A DNA stretch of 58,539 bases from Alphaproteobacteria bacterium. Lineage in GTDB: Bacteria > Pseudomonadota > Alphaproteobacteria > Rs-D84. The notes beneath the pieces are model-generated. The model saw only the letters and a program-made list of their open reading frames with translations, was not told the DNA's origin and made no database searches. Below, in pieces: positions 48,360 to 58,539 of the stretch. The translations under genes were made by a program, and so were the position numbers. The stretch spans positions 1 through 58,539 of the forward strand of contig JAFURS010000040.1 of assembly GCA_017471805.1 (NCBI GenBank), in the 5' to 3' direction. Each line of letters opens with the position of its first letter. Position 1 is the stretch's first letter.

Positions 48360-48992
48360 TTATTTCAACGGCGGGAAACAGTCCGCTTTATTATCATTTC
48401 GTGGACAACACGCAAAAACAGCATTTCCCAAATCCTTGAATAATTCATCACCGCAACAACCAAACTTGTTTGGTTTTGTCCCATCGGCACACAGTCCTGC
48501 ATCCAAATTTGCTAATTCCTGTTCCACTTGTTTTTCTAATTCTGCTAATTCTGCCGCTGCTTTTTCTTCTGGGCTTAATTCTGGCACGGCTGGGGTTTCC
48601 TCAACTACTTCGGCGACCACGACCTGCTCTTCTGGCTTTTGTTCCACCTCGGCTGGTGCCACCTCTATCACAACACGTGATGATGCGGTTGTTCGACGTG
48701 CGGCGGCCCGTCTGGCACACGACCGACGATAATCCGCCTTTAACTTGGTCAATTCTGCAATTACTTCGTCATCTGGATTTGCAACCAGTGCCAATTCCGT
48801 AATTTTCGCCTGAATTTCATTACAGGTCAATCGCACCGCAACAGTTGCCGGTGTCACGACCGCCTCTGTTGCCACTTCAACATCTGCGACTTCCTTGACT
48901 TCTGTTGTTGTGGTATCAGATACAGGCTTTGCATCATCTGCAAACGCATTTATCGACACCAAACATCCCAGCACTAAAAATATTTTTTTCAT
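48360..48992 (-). CDS. exported protein with Cx34C helical hairpin and 6-Cys C-terminal module
   Basis: Signal peptide (AFA); acidic linkers; C-x10-CC-x14-CC-x8-C-FPPLK. Confidence 0.85.
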   Translation of the reverse strand: MKKIFLVLGCLVSINAFADDAKPVSDTTTTEVKEVADVEVATEAVVTPATVAVRLTCNEIQAKITELALVANPDDEVIAELTKLKADYRRSCARRAAARRTTASSRVVIEVAPAEVEQKPEEQVVVAEVVEETPAVPELSPEEKAAAELAELEKQVEQELANLDAGLCADGTKPNKFGCCGDELFKDLGNAVFACCPRNDNKADCFPPLK

Positions 48993-49001
48993 TATTTTTT
49001 C

Positions 49002-49745
49002 CTATTGTTCATTTATGATTTTTTCCACTTCCAAAATAAAGTCTATTGCAGGATTGGTTAATTTTTTTGCAGTTTCAAAAATTTCTTCGGCCGCCGCCTG
49101 CATATTCAAACGTTTGTATGTTTCGACAACCTCTATCGTTTCATCGTTTTCAAATTCATCATCTTCCAGCGCACGTGCAATTTCCAATTCCTGCTTTGCC
49201 AACTCAACATATCTTGCAGTGTTTTCTGGGCAACCACGTTCTGACAAATTCGCATAAATTTTCGCACGTCTTATACGATATTCTGAATCACCACTTGCTG
49301 ATGGCAACTGAGAATTTAATAAATATTCTATCTGTTCACAGGTTGCCTGTGGAATTTCAGACTGTTTCAACACCGCTACAATTTCACTTTCACGATTAAA
49401 CGCATCACGATATTTCTGACTATTTTCTTCACAACCTGCTCTCAGCAACTTTTCATAAACTGCCATATTTTCTTGGTGTGCGGATACATCTTGACTTTCT
49501 ATTGGATACAAACGCTCTAACAATAAATCTTCTATTATTTGACAGGTTTCTTCTGGTTCTGCCCGAATTTCAGACCCAACTTGCGGACTTTCCACAACCA
49601 CATCTGCAACTACCTTTCTGTCTGCACTAAAACCGATACCAACCATAACACCGCAAACAAACAGTGCAACCAATGCCAACGACCCCCATATTTTCTGGGA
49701 CACCGTATGCACAACCTTATACTGTTTTTTATTCTGCTTTTTCAT
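49002..49745 (-). CDS. membrane-anchored protein with two Cys-pair helical repeats
   Basis: One TM; TCQIIE..GCEENSQKY and TCEQIE..GCPENTARY repeats; SD AGGAGG. Confidence 0.82.
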   Translation of the reverse strand: MKKQNKKQYKVVHTVSQKIWGSLALVALFVCGVMVGIGFSADRKVVADVVVESPQVGSEIRAEPEETCQIIEDLLLERLYPIESQDVSAHQENMAVYEKLLRAGCEENSQKYRDAFNRESEIVAVLKQSEIPQATCEQIEYLLNSQLPSASGDSEYRIRRAKIYANLSERGCPENTARYVELAKQELEIARALEDDEFENDETIEVVETYKRLNMQAAAEEIFETAKKLTNPAIDFILEVEKIINEQ

Positions 49746-49769
49746 CACTCCCTCCTATTCTTTTTTATA

Positions 49770-50480
49770 TTATTGCACAATTCCATCACTAATTGTAATT
49801 GTTCTATCTGCCCGTGCAGCCAAATTCATATCGTGCGTCACGAATAACATAGCCATTTTATTTTTACGCACCAAACTCATCAGCAAATCAAACACAGATT
49901 CTGCATTATGCGGATCCAAACTGCCGGTTGGTTCATCAGCCAACAAAATATCAGGATTATTTGCCAACGCCCGTGCGACGGCGGTCCGTTGCTGTTCACC
50001 ACCACTCATTTCTCCGGGCCGATGTGACACACGATGTGCAACATTTGCCGCCCGCAACAACTTCATTGCCCGTGCCATTGCCACATCTTCTGACATACCA
50101 TTTGCCAACATTGGCAACATTACATTTTCCAACGCCGTAAAATCCCCCAGCAAATTATGCCTTTGATAAACAAAGCCGATTTTTTTTCTGCGCACCTGTG
50201 TCCGCATATCTTCGTCCATTTTATGAACAGGCATCCCATTTATCAAAATACTGCCACCACTGGGCCGGTCCAGCAACCCCACACACTGCAACAACGTCGA
50301 TTTCCCAGACCCCGACTGTCCAACCAGTGCAATAATCTCGCCACGATGCAAATCAAACCCGCCACCTTTCAGAATATGCAACGGCTGCCCCCCTTCTACA
50401 AAGGTTCGTTTAATATCCCGCACTGACATAACCACATCTGCGCTTTGTATTTTTGACAAAGAATCCAAAATTTTCGCCAT
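49770..50480 (-). CDS. lolD: lipoprotein-releasing ABC transporter ATPase LolD
   Basis: GQSGSGKS, GFVYQRHNLL, SGGEQQR, ADEPTG, VTHD. Confidence 0.92.
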   Translation of the reverse strand: MAKILDSLSKIQSADVVMSVRDIKRTFVEGGQPLHILKGGGFDLHRGEIIALVGQSGSGKSTLLQCVGLLDRPSGGSILINGMPVHKMDEDMRTQVRRKKIGFVYQRHNLLGDFTALENVMLPMLANGMSEDVAMARAMKLLRAANVAHRVSHRPGEMSGGEQQRTAVARALANNPDILLADEPTGSLDPHNAESVFDLLMSLVRKNKMAMLFVTHDMNLAARADRTITISDGIVQ

Positions 50481-50495
50481 TTATAAACAATCCTT

Positions 50496-51749
50496 TTACT
50501 CGTTTCGCAACACCTCTACCGGGTCTGTATTTGCCGCCTTCCAGGCCGGATACAACGTTGCCAAGAACGCCAACAACACTGCGATTAAGGCAATACCCAA
50601 AACATCTGTCCACACCAACTTTGATGGCAACTCTGACAGATAATATAATTCCGCCGGGAACAAATCCCGTCCTGTCAACCACTGGAAAAACTGTCGTATT
50701 GGTTCAATATAAATTGCAACAATCACACCAAATATTGTTCCAAAGAACGCCCCAATAACCCCGATTGACGTTCCCGACAACACAAAAATTTTCATCATAG
50801 ATTTCCGAGACACACCAAATGTCCGCAACACTGCAATATCTTTGTTTTTATCTTTGACCAGCATTACCAACGACGACACAATATTAAATGCCGCCACAAT
50901 AACAATCAGCAACAAGATTAAGAACATAACATTTGATTCAACCTGCAACGCCCCAACAAATCCCCGGTTTAAATCCCGCCAATCCCGCACCACAAATCCA
51001 TCTGGCAATAAACGTGCCAAACTCTCAACAACTGGCGTTGTATCTTCTGGATTTTCCAAGAACAGGTCAATATGCGTCACACTATTACCAATATTCAGAT
51101 ATTTTTGTGCTGTCTCTAATGGCATAAAGATATACCCAGAATCATATTCATACATCCCCATAAAGAACGAACTCATCACTGGATACGCCATAATCCGTGG
51201 CATTGAACCAAATGGTGTTGGCGTTGCCGCATTTGCAGACACCAACGAAATCTTGTCCCCCATTGTCACTTTTAACGCACGTGTTAACGATGCCCCTGCA
51301 ACCAATTCACCATCTGCGATTGCAGACAAATCCTTGCCATAAATCCGTGTTCCCGTCTGTGCTTTCTTTGCCAAATCAGACATACGAATACCACGTATCA
51401 TTGCGCCTGTATTATTACCATTTGCCGTTGCCATAACCTGTCCTTCGGCAATTGGCACAATACCTGTTGCACGTTCTGCGACAACCTTGTTTTGCTTAAT
51501 TTTATCTATCAAGAAATCAAAATCCCCAATTGCGCCATCTTGATGATAAACCACAACGTGACCATTCATACCAACAATACGTCCCAACAGAGTATCGTGA
51601 AAACCACCCATAACCGACATAACAACAATCAGTGTCGCCACCCCCAACATAATACCAATCAGCGACACCCACGAAATCACAGAACCAAAGCCCCGTTTTT
51701 TTGCGCCCAGATATCTAAAAGCAATTTTTCGTTCCAGTTTTGAAAACAT
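50496..51749 (-). CDS. lolC: lipoprotein-releasing ABC transporter permease LolC/E
   Basis: LGVATLIVVMSVMGGF, AAFNIVSSL, KDIAVLRT, YPAWKAA..DPVEVLRNE. Confidence 0.92.
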   Translation of the reverse strand: MFSKLERKIAFRYLGAKKRGFGSVISWVSLIGIMLGVATLIVVMSVMGGFHDTLLGRIVGMNGHVVVYHQDGAIGDFDFLIDKIKQNKVVAERATGIVPIAEGQVMATANGNNTGAMIRGIRMSDLAKKAQTGTRIYGKDLSAIADGELVAGASLTRALKVTMGDKISLVSANAATPTPFGSMPRIMAYPVMSSFFMGMYEYDSGYIFMPLETAQKYLNIGNSVTHIDLFLENPEDTTPVVESLARLLPDGFVVRDWRDLNRGFVGALQVESNVMFLILLLIVIVAAFNIVSSLVMLVKDKNKDIAVLRTFGVSRKSMMKIFVLSGTSIGVIGAFFGTIFGVIVAIYIEPIRQFFQWLTGRDLFPAELYYLSELPSKLVWTDVLGIALIAVLLAFLATLYPAWKAANTDPVEVLRNE

Positions 51750-51761
51750 CGACCTTAATCC

Positions 51762-53084
51762 TTATTCCCTTAAAAAATCCCGCAAAGCATCACCAATCAA
51801 CTCGTTCGCCCCCGACAAGTCTTTTGCATTATCAACAATTGAAATAACCCGTGGCGACATAAAGACCACCAATTCTGCAAACGGCGACACCAATGTTTCT
51901 GGGGTTGTCACAAACGAATGTGTTGGTATTCCGATAATTACATAGTTATCCCCAACCGTTGATGGGATATTAAACGAACTTAATTCCCCCTGACTTGTGC
52001 GCAAGACTATTTTTGCATCTATCTTATCACGTCCGCCAAAGTCCCCATAAACACCGGTTGCCCCAATAACCAAATCTGTTTCCAATCTTTCTTCACGACC
52101 ACATTGTCCAATATCAAATCTTGACTGCCACCCATTAGGTATCGCAAACGTCCCCTGCGAAATAAGAACAACATTTGCCTGTTGACCTAAAAATTCCTGT
52201 AAAGTCTTGGTGTTGATTTCTGGTCCCACAACCAACGCACGTCCAACCACCCCTGGGATAGACATCTTGATATTTTTTTCACCGAATGCCGGCAACAAAT
52301 TCATCCAAACAATCGGATTATCTGTTCGTGGATAGACACGATACACATCGATATCCCAGGCCAGCATATACTTTTTACCTGAAATATCTGCAATTATTCT
52401 TGCGACTTCTCTTTCTGTCTGATAATTACCTTCGAACACAACCGTCTTGTCTTGCCAATCCACCAACAGATTTCGCATATCTGCCCCGTGCATAGCATCC
52501 AACAACGCCATAATAATTGTTTCATCTTGTGGCATTTTAATCAGCCACTTTCCCCGATGTTTCAAATGCAACTCGCCATTATGTGCATCATAAGAATAAT
52601 ACGCACGTCCCATTTTTGCCATCAACTCGACCGCATCAGACAATGCCCCAGACGAAATTGTTCCTGTAATCTTTTCATACAGTTGTTCATCTTCTACGAC
52701 GGCAATATCTGTCCCTTCCAGCAATTTATCCAACGCCCGTTTTACTGTCAAATCCTTGAAATCATAATCAGACACCTGCAATTCTGGTAATTCGTCCCCC
52801 ACCCCCAGACGTATCATTTCTATTTTTTCTGCTGGCACGACCGACACAACACTTTGATTATCCCAATCTACTTCGCACCGCATTGGCAGTTCTACTGAAA
52901 ACCGACGTGCAGTATCTGTTGTCAAAGCCGCTTTTTTTGGAAAAATCGGCACAGAATTTTCATCTATAACCAATTCGTCTATTACTGTGATATTGTCTAT
53001 AATCTGCACAGGCTTATCCTCTTGCAGGCACCCGACCAGCATTCCACAACACACAACCCACGACAAAACTTTGAACAATTTCAT
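51762..53084 (-). CDS. secretin-like lipoprotein (BfpB/PilN-like, divergent)
   Basis: Lipobox LVGC; N-domain pattern GALSDAVELMA..YYSYD..GELHL; C-terminal ELVVFMSPRVI. Confidence 0.55.
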   Translation of the reverse strand: MKLFKVLSWVVCCGMLVGCLQEDKPVQIIDNITVIDELVIDENSVPIFPKKAALTTDTARRFSVELPMRCEVDWDNQSVVSVVPAEKIEMIRLGVGDELPELQVSDYDFKDLTVKRALDKLLEGTDIAVVEDEQLYEKITGTISSGALSDAVELMAKMGRAYYSYDAHNGELHLKHRGKWLIKMPQDETIIMALLDAMHGADMRNLLVDWQDKTVVFEGNYQTEREVARIIADISGKKYMLAWDIDVYRVYPRTDNPIVWMNLLPAFGEKNIKMSIPGVVGRALVVGPEINTKTLQEFLGQQANVVLISQGTFAIPNGWQSRFDIGQCGREERLETDLVIGATGVYGDFGGRDKIDAKIVLRTSQGELSSFNIPSTVGDNYVIIGIPTHSFVTTPETLVSPFAELVVFMSPRVISIVDNAKDLSGANELIGDALRDFLRE

Positions 53085-53123
53085 ACTACTTTCCTTTTCT
53101 TTTATACTTTATAGCATAAAAAT

Positions 53124-53447
53124 TTAAATATTCATAATCTTTTCAAACTCTTCCAACGTCATTTCATATATCGGCTTTTGCGTAGGTGTCACCAAATCCC
53201 GCACCCGTTCAAACTGTGCAGCGAACCGATTAACCAGCGCAACAATCTCAGGCGACAGATTTTTTTCCTGTGCAATCAAACGCCGTCCATATTCAACAAC
53301 ATATTCCAGAACGTCCGCCCCCCAAAATCGCCCAACATAATTTTCCAACGCAATTCCGCCTTTTTGCACACAAATTGCAGACATCAACATAGCAGTCTGA
53401 TTATAAAAATTTGCCAACTTGATAAATTGCTGAACCGACACAGCCAT
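53124..53447 (-). CDS. hypothetical protein
   Basis: 107 aa; SD AAAGGA; helical. No family recognised. Confidence 0.7.
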   Translation of the reverse strand: MAVSVQQFIKLANFYNQTAMLMSAICVQKGGIALENYVGRFWGADVLEYVVEYGRRLIAQEKNLSPEIVALVNRFAAQFERVRDLVTPTQKPIYEMTLEEFEKIMNI

Positions 53448-53524
53448 ACTATTGTCCTTTCTCTCTTTTTTTTATATTATAAAAACTATTGCCCCATTAA
53501 AGCAATTAAATTATAATATGAAAT

Positions 53525-53911
53525 ATGAGAATAAAAATTCTAAATCTTCTTTTTTGTATAATTTTATCATCGTGCGCATCTGTCAACGGTGGCAGCATAG
53601 ATGACGCCACTGTTCTGAATTGGGAAAACGAAGCGGTCACCACGGAACAATTTGTCCGTGATCATAAATCGTGCCTTGGGATTGACCGCCCTTCGCACCA
53701 GCCACGTTCCCGCCTGGCGAAATTATTATCCCCGAACCAGTCTGCAATGATGCCTGATTGGGATGGTCTTTGGGTGACGTTTCAGTCAAATGAATACCGT
53801 GACGTTGGCCAGCGCAGCCTGATGTCTGTTCCCCGCAACAGTTCATCACGCACCGTTGGTGCATACCGCCGCTGTATGTTCCGCCGTGGATATTTATTAC
53901 GTGCAATGTAA
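53525..53911 (+). CDS. small lipoprotein with conserved Cys pair
   Basis: Lipobox LSSC; QFVRDHKSC and YRRCMFRRGY motifs; promoter TTGCCC-N17-TATAAT 7 nt upstream. Confidence 0.8.
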   Translation: MRIKILNLLFCIILSSCASVNGGSIDDATVLNWENEAVTTEQFVRDHKSCLGIDRPSHQPRSRLAKLLSPNQSAMMPDWDGLWVTFQSNEYRDVGQRSLMSVPRNSSSRTVGAYRRCMFRRGYLLRAM

Positions 53912-53970
53912 ATAAAAAAGATAGAAAACAACCGCCCACCAGCGATTGTTTTATTTTAATGTAAAGCGGA

Positions 53971-54102
53971 TGGTGCCCACAGGGTGCCAGAAATTTATTA
54001 GATATTGCGGATTGTGCAAATTTTACGATGGGCGTGTATTAGACATACACAACCTGAGTAAAATTAAACAAACGCAAAATAGATGATGAATTTCTGGTGC
54101 CC
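53971..54102. repeat. long imperfect palindrome anchored on the tRNA-Thr 3' end
   Basis: 53982-54000 pairs with 54084-54102 (with G-U); inner arms aattttac/gtaaaatt and gtgtat/atacac; tggtgccc repeated at 53971 and 54095. Confidence 0.75.
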
Positions 54103-54168
54103 TAAGCAAGAATCGGACTTGCGACTCGTCCTTACCAAGGACGTGTTTTACCACTAGACTATTAGGGC
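54095..54168 (-). tRNA. tRNA-Thr(GGT)
   Basis: GCCCTAA/TTAGGGC acceptor, CGTCC-TTGGTAA-GGACG anticodon arm, encoded CCA. Confidence 0.92.
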
Positions 54169-54224
54169 AATAAAACTTTTCCAATTATACAGACCGTGTA
54201 TAAAAAATCAAGAATAAAAAGACA

Positions 54225-54887
54225 TTACCATTCAATCGGCGTTTTGCCGCACTTAATCAAGTATTCATTTGCCTGACTAAAATGCCTGCAACCAAAGAAT
54301 CCCCGATACGCTGACAAAGGTGACGGATGAACACATTTCAAGACCAGATTTTTATCACTATTTACAATTGCAGCTTTCTTTTGCGCATAACTGCCCCATA
54401 ACATATAAACAATATTGTCACGCTGTGCTAAAACCCGAATAACCGCATCGGTAAATTCTTCCCAACCACGTCCTGCGTGTGATGCGGCCATATGCGCCTG
54501 AACTGTCAACGTAGAATTAAGCAACAACACACCTTGATTTGCCCAATGTGTTAAATCACCATTTGTGACTGATTTGCGTCCTAAATCAGATTCAATTTCC
54601 TTGTAAATATTTTGCAGTGACGGTGGAATTGGGGTTGGTGGCAACACCGAAAAACAAAGTCCGTGTGCCTGACCTGGTTCGTGATATGGGTCTTGTCCAA
54701 TAATAACAACCTTGACCTGGTCCAACGAACAGTGATTAAACGCATTAAATATATTTTGTGGTGCCGGATAAATCACCTTACCTGCTAAATATTCCCCCCG
54801 CACAAAATCCGTCAATTTGATAAAATAATCCTTATCAAATTCTGAACCCAGCGCATCTTTCCACGACTGTTCTATTTTTACATTCAT
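54225..54887 (-). CDS. ung: uracil-DNA glycosylase family 1
   Basis: GQDPYH, GLCFSV, LLLN, HPSPLS motifs; ATGA overlap with the upstream gene. Confidence 0.97.
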   Translation of the reverse strand: MNVKIEQSWKDALGSEFDKDYFIKLTDFVRGEYLAGKVIYPAPQNIFNAFNHCSLDQVKVVIIGQDPYHEPGQAHGLCFSVLPPTPIPPSLQNIYKEIESDLGRKSVTNGDLTHWANQGVLLLNSTLTVQAHMAASHAGRGWEEFTDAVIRVLAQRDNIVYMLWGSYAQKKAAIVNSDKNLVLKCVHPSPLSAYRGFFGCRHFSQANEYLIKCGKTPIEW

Positions 54888-55528
54888 AACTTTATCAACC
54901 CCTGTTGCAAAGCCTTCCAAAGGACAACATCTATATATCCCCGTGGCAATCCCGTCTGACCTGCCAGATATGCAAACATATCATCACACGCCGCCTTGAT
55001 TTCTGATGACAATTTTGTATTATCGACATCTATTTTTTTACCTGCGAACATACAGCCAAGTCGCTGAATCCAGACATCATACTTCACAACATCTTCGCCC
55101 AGATTTCGTGCCAAATGATTTGCGGTAATTTTTCCAATATGCGGCAATTTTTGCAGATAATTTAATTTTTCATCCAGACTTTCCATCGCATAATACCCAG
55201 AACAAAAATCGACACGATTTTCCCAGATTTTACAGATAGCATTTATTTTATTTTTATTATTAAACAAAAGAATCAGTCCACCGAAATCCGCCCCATTATT
55301 ATTCAAAAAATCCATTATTTGCCGGTGGATTTTTTTTGCTGTTTTTTGTGAAAATCCCCCTGCCAAAATCACATAGGCACACAAGGACGCAAATTCATCA
55401 GGCTTATAAATTTTTCTATTGCCAAGGTTTTGTAAAATCTCGTCAAAAGATTGGTCATCACTATCATGTCCCGCCGCCCGCAACGCCGCATCTAAACCAA
55501 AGAACCAATCATACGAAAAATCAATCAT
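54884..55528 (-). CDS. HhH-superfamily DNA glycosylase-like protein (Ogg2-like)
   Basis: LPHIGKITANHLARNLG..KYDVW HhH plus Asp; C-terminal IDVVLW. Confidence 0.65.
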   Translation of the reverse strand: MIDFSYDWFFGLDAALRAAGHDSDDQSFDEILQNLGNRKIYKPDEFASLCAYVILAGGFSQKTAKKIHRQIMDFLNNNGADFGGLILLFNNKNKINAICKIWENRVDFCSGYYAMESLDEKLNYLQKLPHIGKITANHLARNLGEDVVKYDVWIQRLGCMFAGKKIDVDNTKLSSEIKAACDDMFAYLAGQTGLPRGYIDVVLWKALQQGLIKL

Positions 55529-55887
55529 TCGCGCCTTGCCCCCTTGACCGCCACCATCTGTTCTGGACTAAGGTTTTGTCCATTTTGCGCATCCATCGCA
55601 GAATTCAATCTATCTGTACCAACATTAAGTTGCTGTCTTTGATAATCCCTGACAATACTGCGCATACGATTCACAATTTCGGCAACGCTCTGTTTCATGA
55701 ATCCCGCATCCAGAATCGCCACCAAATCGCTCCGCAATTTTTCAGGCCCTATTTTTTCTATCACCAAAAACTTCTTAACCTGCGTCATCACCTGATACGG
55801 CGACGGATTTTCTCCTGGTCGAACTGTATTCAGCCGTTCCAACAAATTCGCCAATGTATTGAACCACTGTTTTGAATCCTCTATCAT
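55525..55887 (-). CDS. hypothetical protein (120 aa)
   Basis: AGGTGG SD 7 nt before ATG 55887; ATGA overlap with the next gene. Confidence 0.7.
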   Translation of the reverse strand: MIEDSKQWFNTLANLLERLNTVRPGENPSPYQVMTQVKKFLVIEKIGPEKLRSDLVAILDAGFMKQSVAEIVNRMRSIVRDYQRQQLNVGTDRLNSAMDAQNGQNLSPEQMVAVKGARRE

Positions 55888-55888
55888 T

Positions 55889-56062
55889 CTATGCCACCTG
55901 TTTCTGTTGTATAATTGCTGCCATCTGTTCTGGACTAAAATTTTGTCCATTTTCCGCATTCAGTTCATCTTTTTTACTTGGCCTGCATTTAATAATCTTT
56001 GGCAATTCTAATATTGTCACCCCCACATATAAATTCAAGGCGCAGGCAAAAACCTGCGCCAC
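55889..56062 (-). pseudogene. short ORF or gene remnant sharing a C-terminal motif with the next gene
   Basis: Open frame ends NAENGQNFSPEQMAAIIQQKQVA*; 36/39 nt identical to 55554-55592. Start uncertain. Confidence 0.45.
56039..56060 (-). terminator. hairpin after gyrB
   Basis: ggcgcagg-caaaaa-cctgcgcc; weak U-tail. Confidence 0.55.
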
Positions 56063-56066
56063 CTAA

Positions 56067-58466
<2,400 letters not shown>

Positions 58467-58539
58467 TTACAATTCCTTTCTTTTTTCTGTGTAAAACATA
58501 GCAATTTCTGGTATAATTAGCAAGGAAAAAGGGTATAAA

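Noticed and set aside
55888-55959. N-terminal 24 aa of the 144-aa track ORF
   Set aside because: It is an out-of-frame reading of the duplicated motif; a better SD precedes ATG 55887.

Overview
Core chromosomal region of a moderately AT-rich Gram-negative bacterium. The gene set (SecB/MltA/DciA, LptG, LolCD, AsmA, an alpha-type J-domain protein, a small ORF before xerD) points to a divergent alphaproteobacterium, possibly an uncultured host-associated lineage; this is inference, not a database result. It holds about 55 CDS (DNA repair and segregation, Sec/Lol/Lpt envelope biogenesis, aspS, serS, a surface-polysaccharide cluster, several orphan Cys-rich exported proteins) and three tRNAs. No prophage, IS transposase or CRISPR array is evident. 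Main findings: (1) a minimal T-box riboswitch before aspS, with an Asp GAC specifier in an ultrashort Stem I and a UGGC bulge matching the G73 discriminator, an RNA class not normally associated with Alphaproteobacteria; (2) an in-frame FtsA-ribulose-phosphate 3-epimerase fusion after ftsQ; (3) a Ser-rich leader peptide before serS; (4) a CtpA-like protein lacking both catalytic residues; (5) RPE-like palindromic elements and tRNA-3'-end-anchored repeats; (6) an unassigned sRNA with its own promoter and terminator; (7) an unrecognised 6-Cys C-terminal module in genes downstream of a secretin-like lipoprotein and lolCD.
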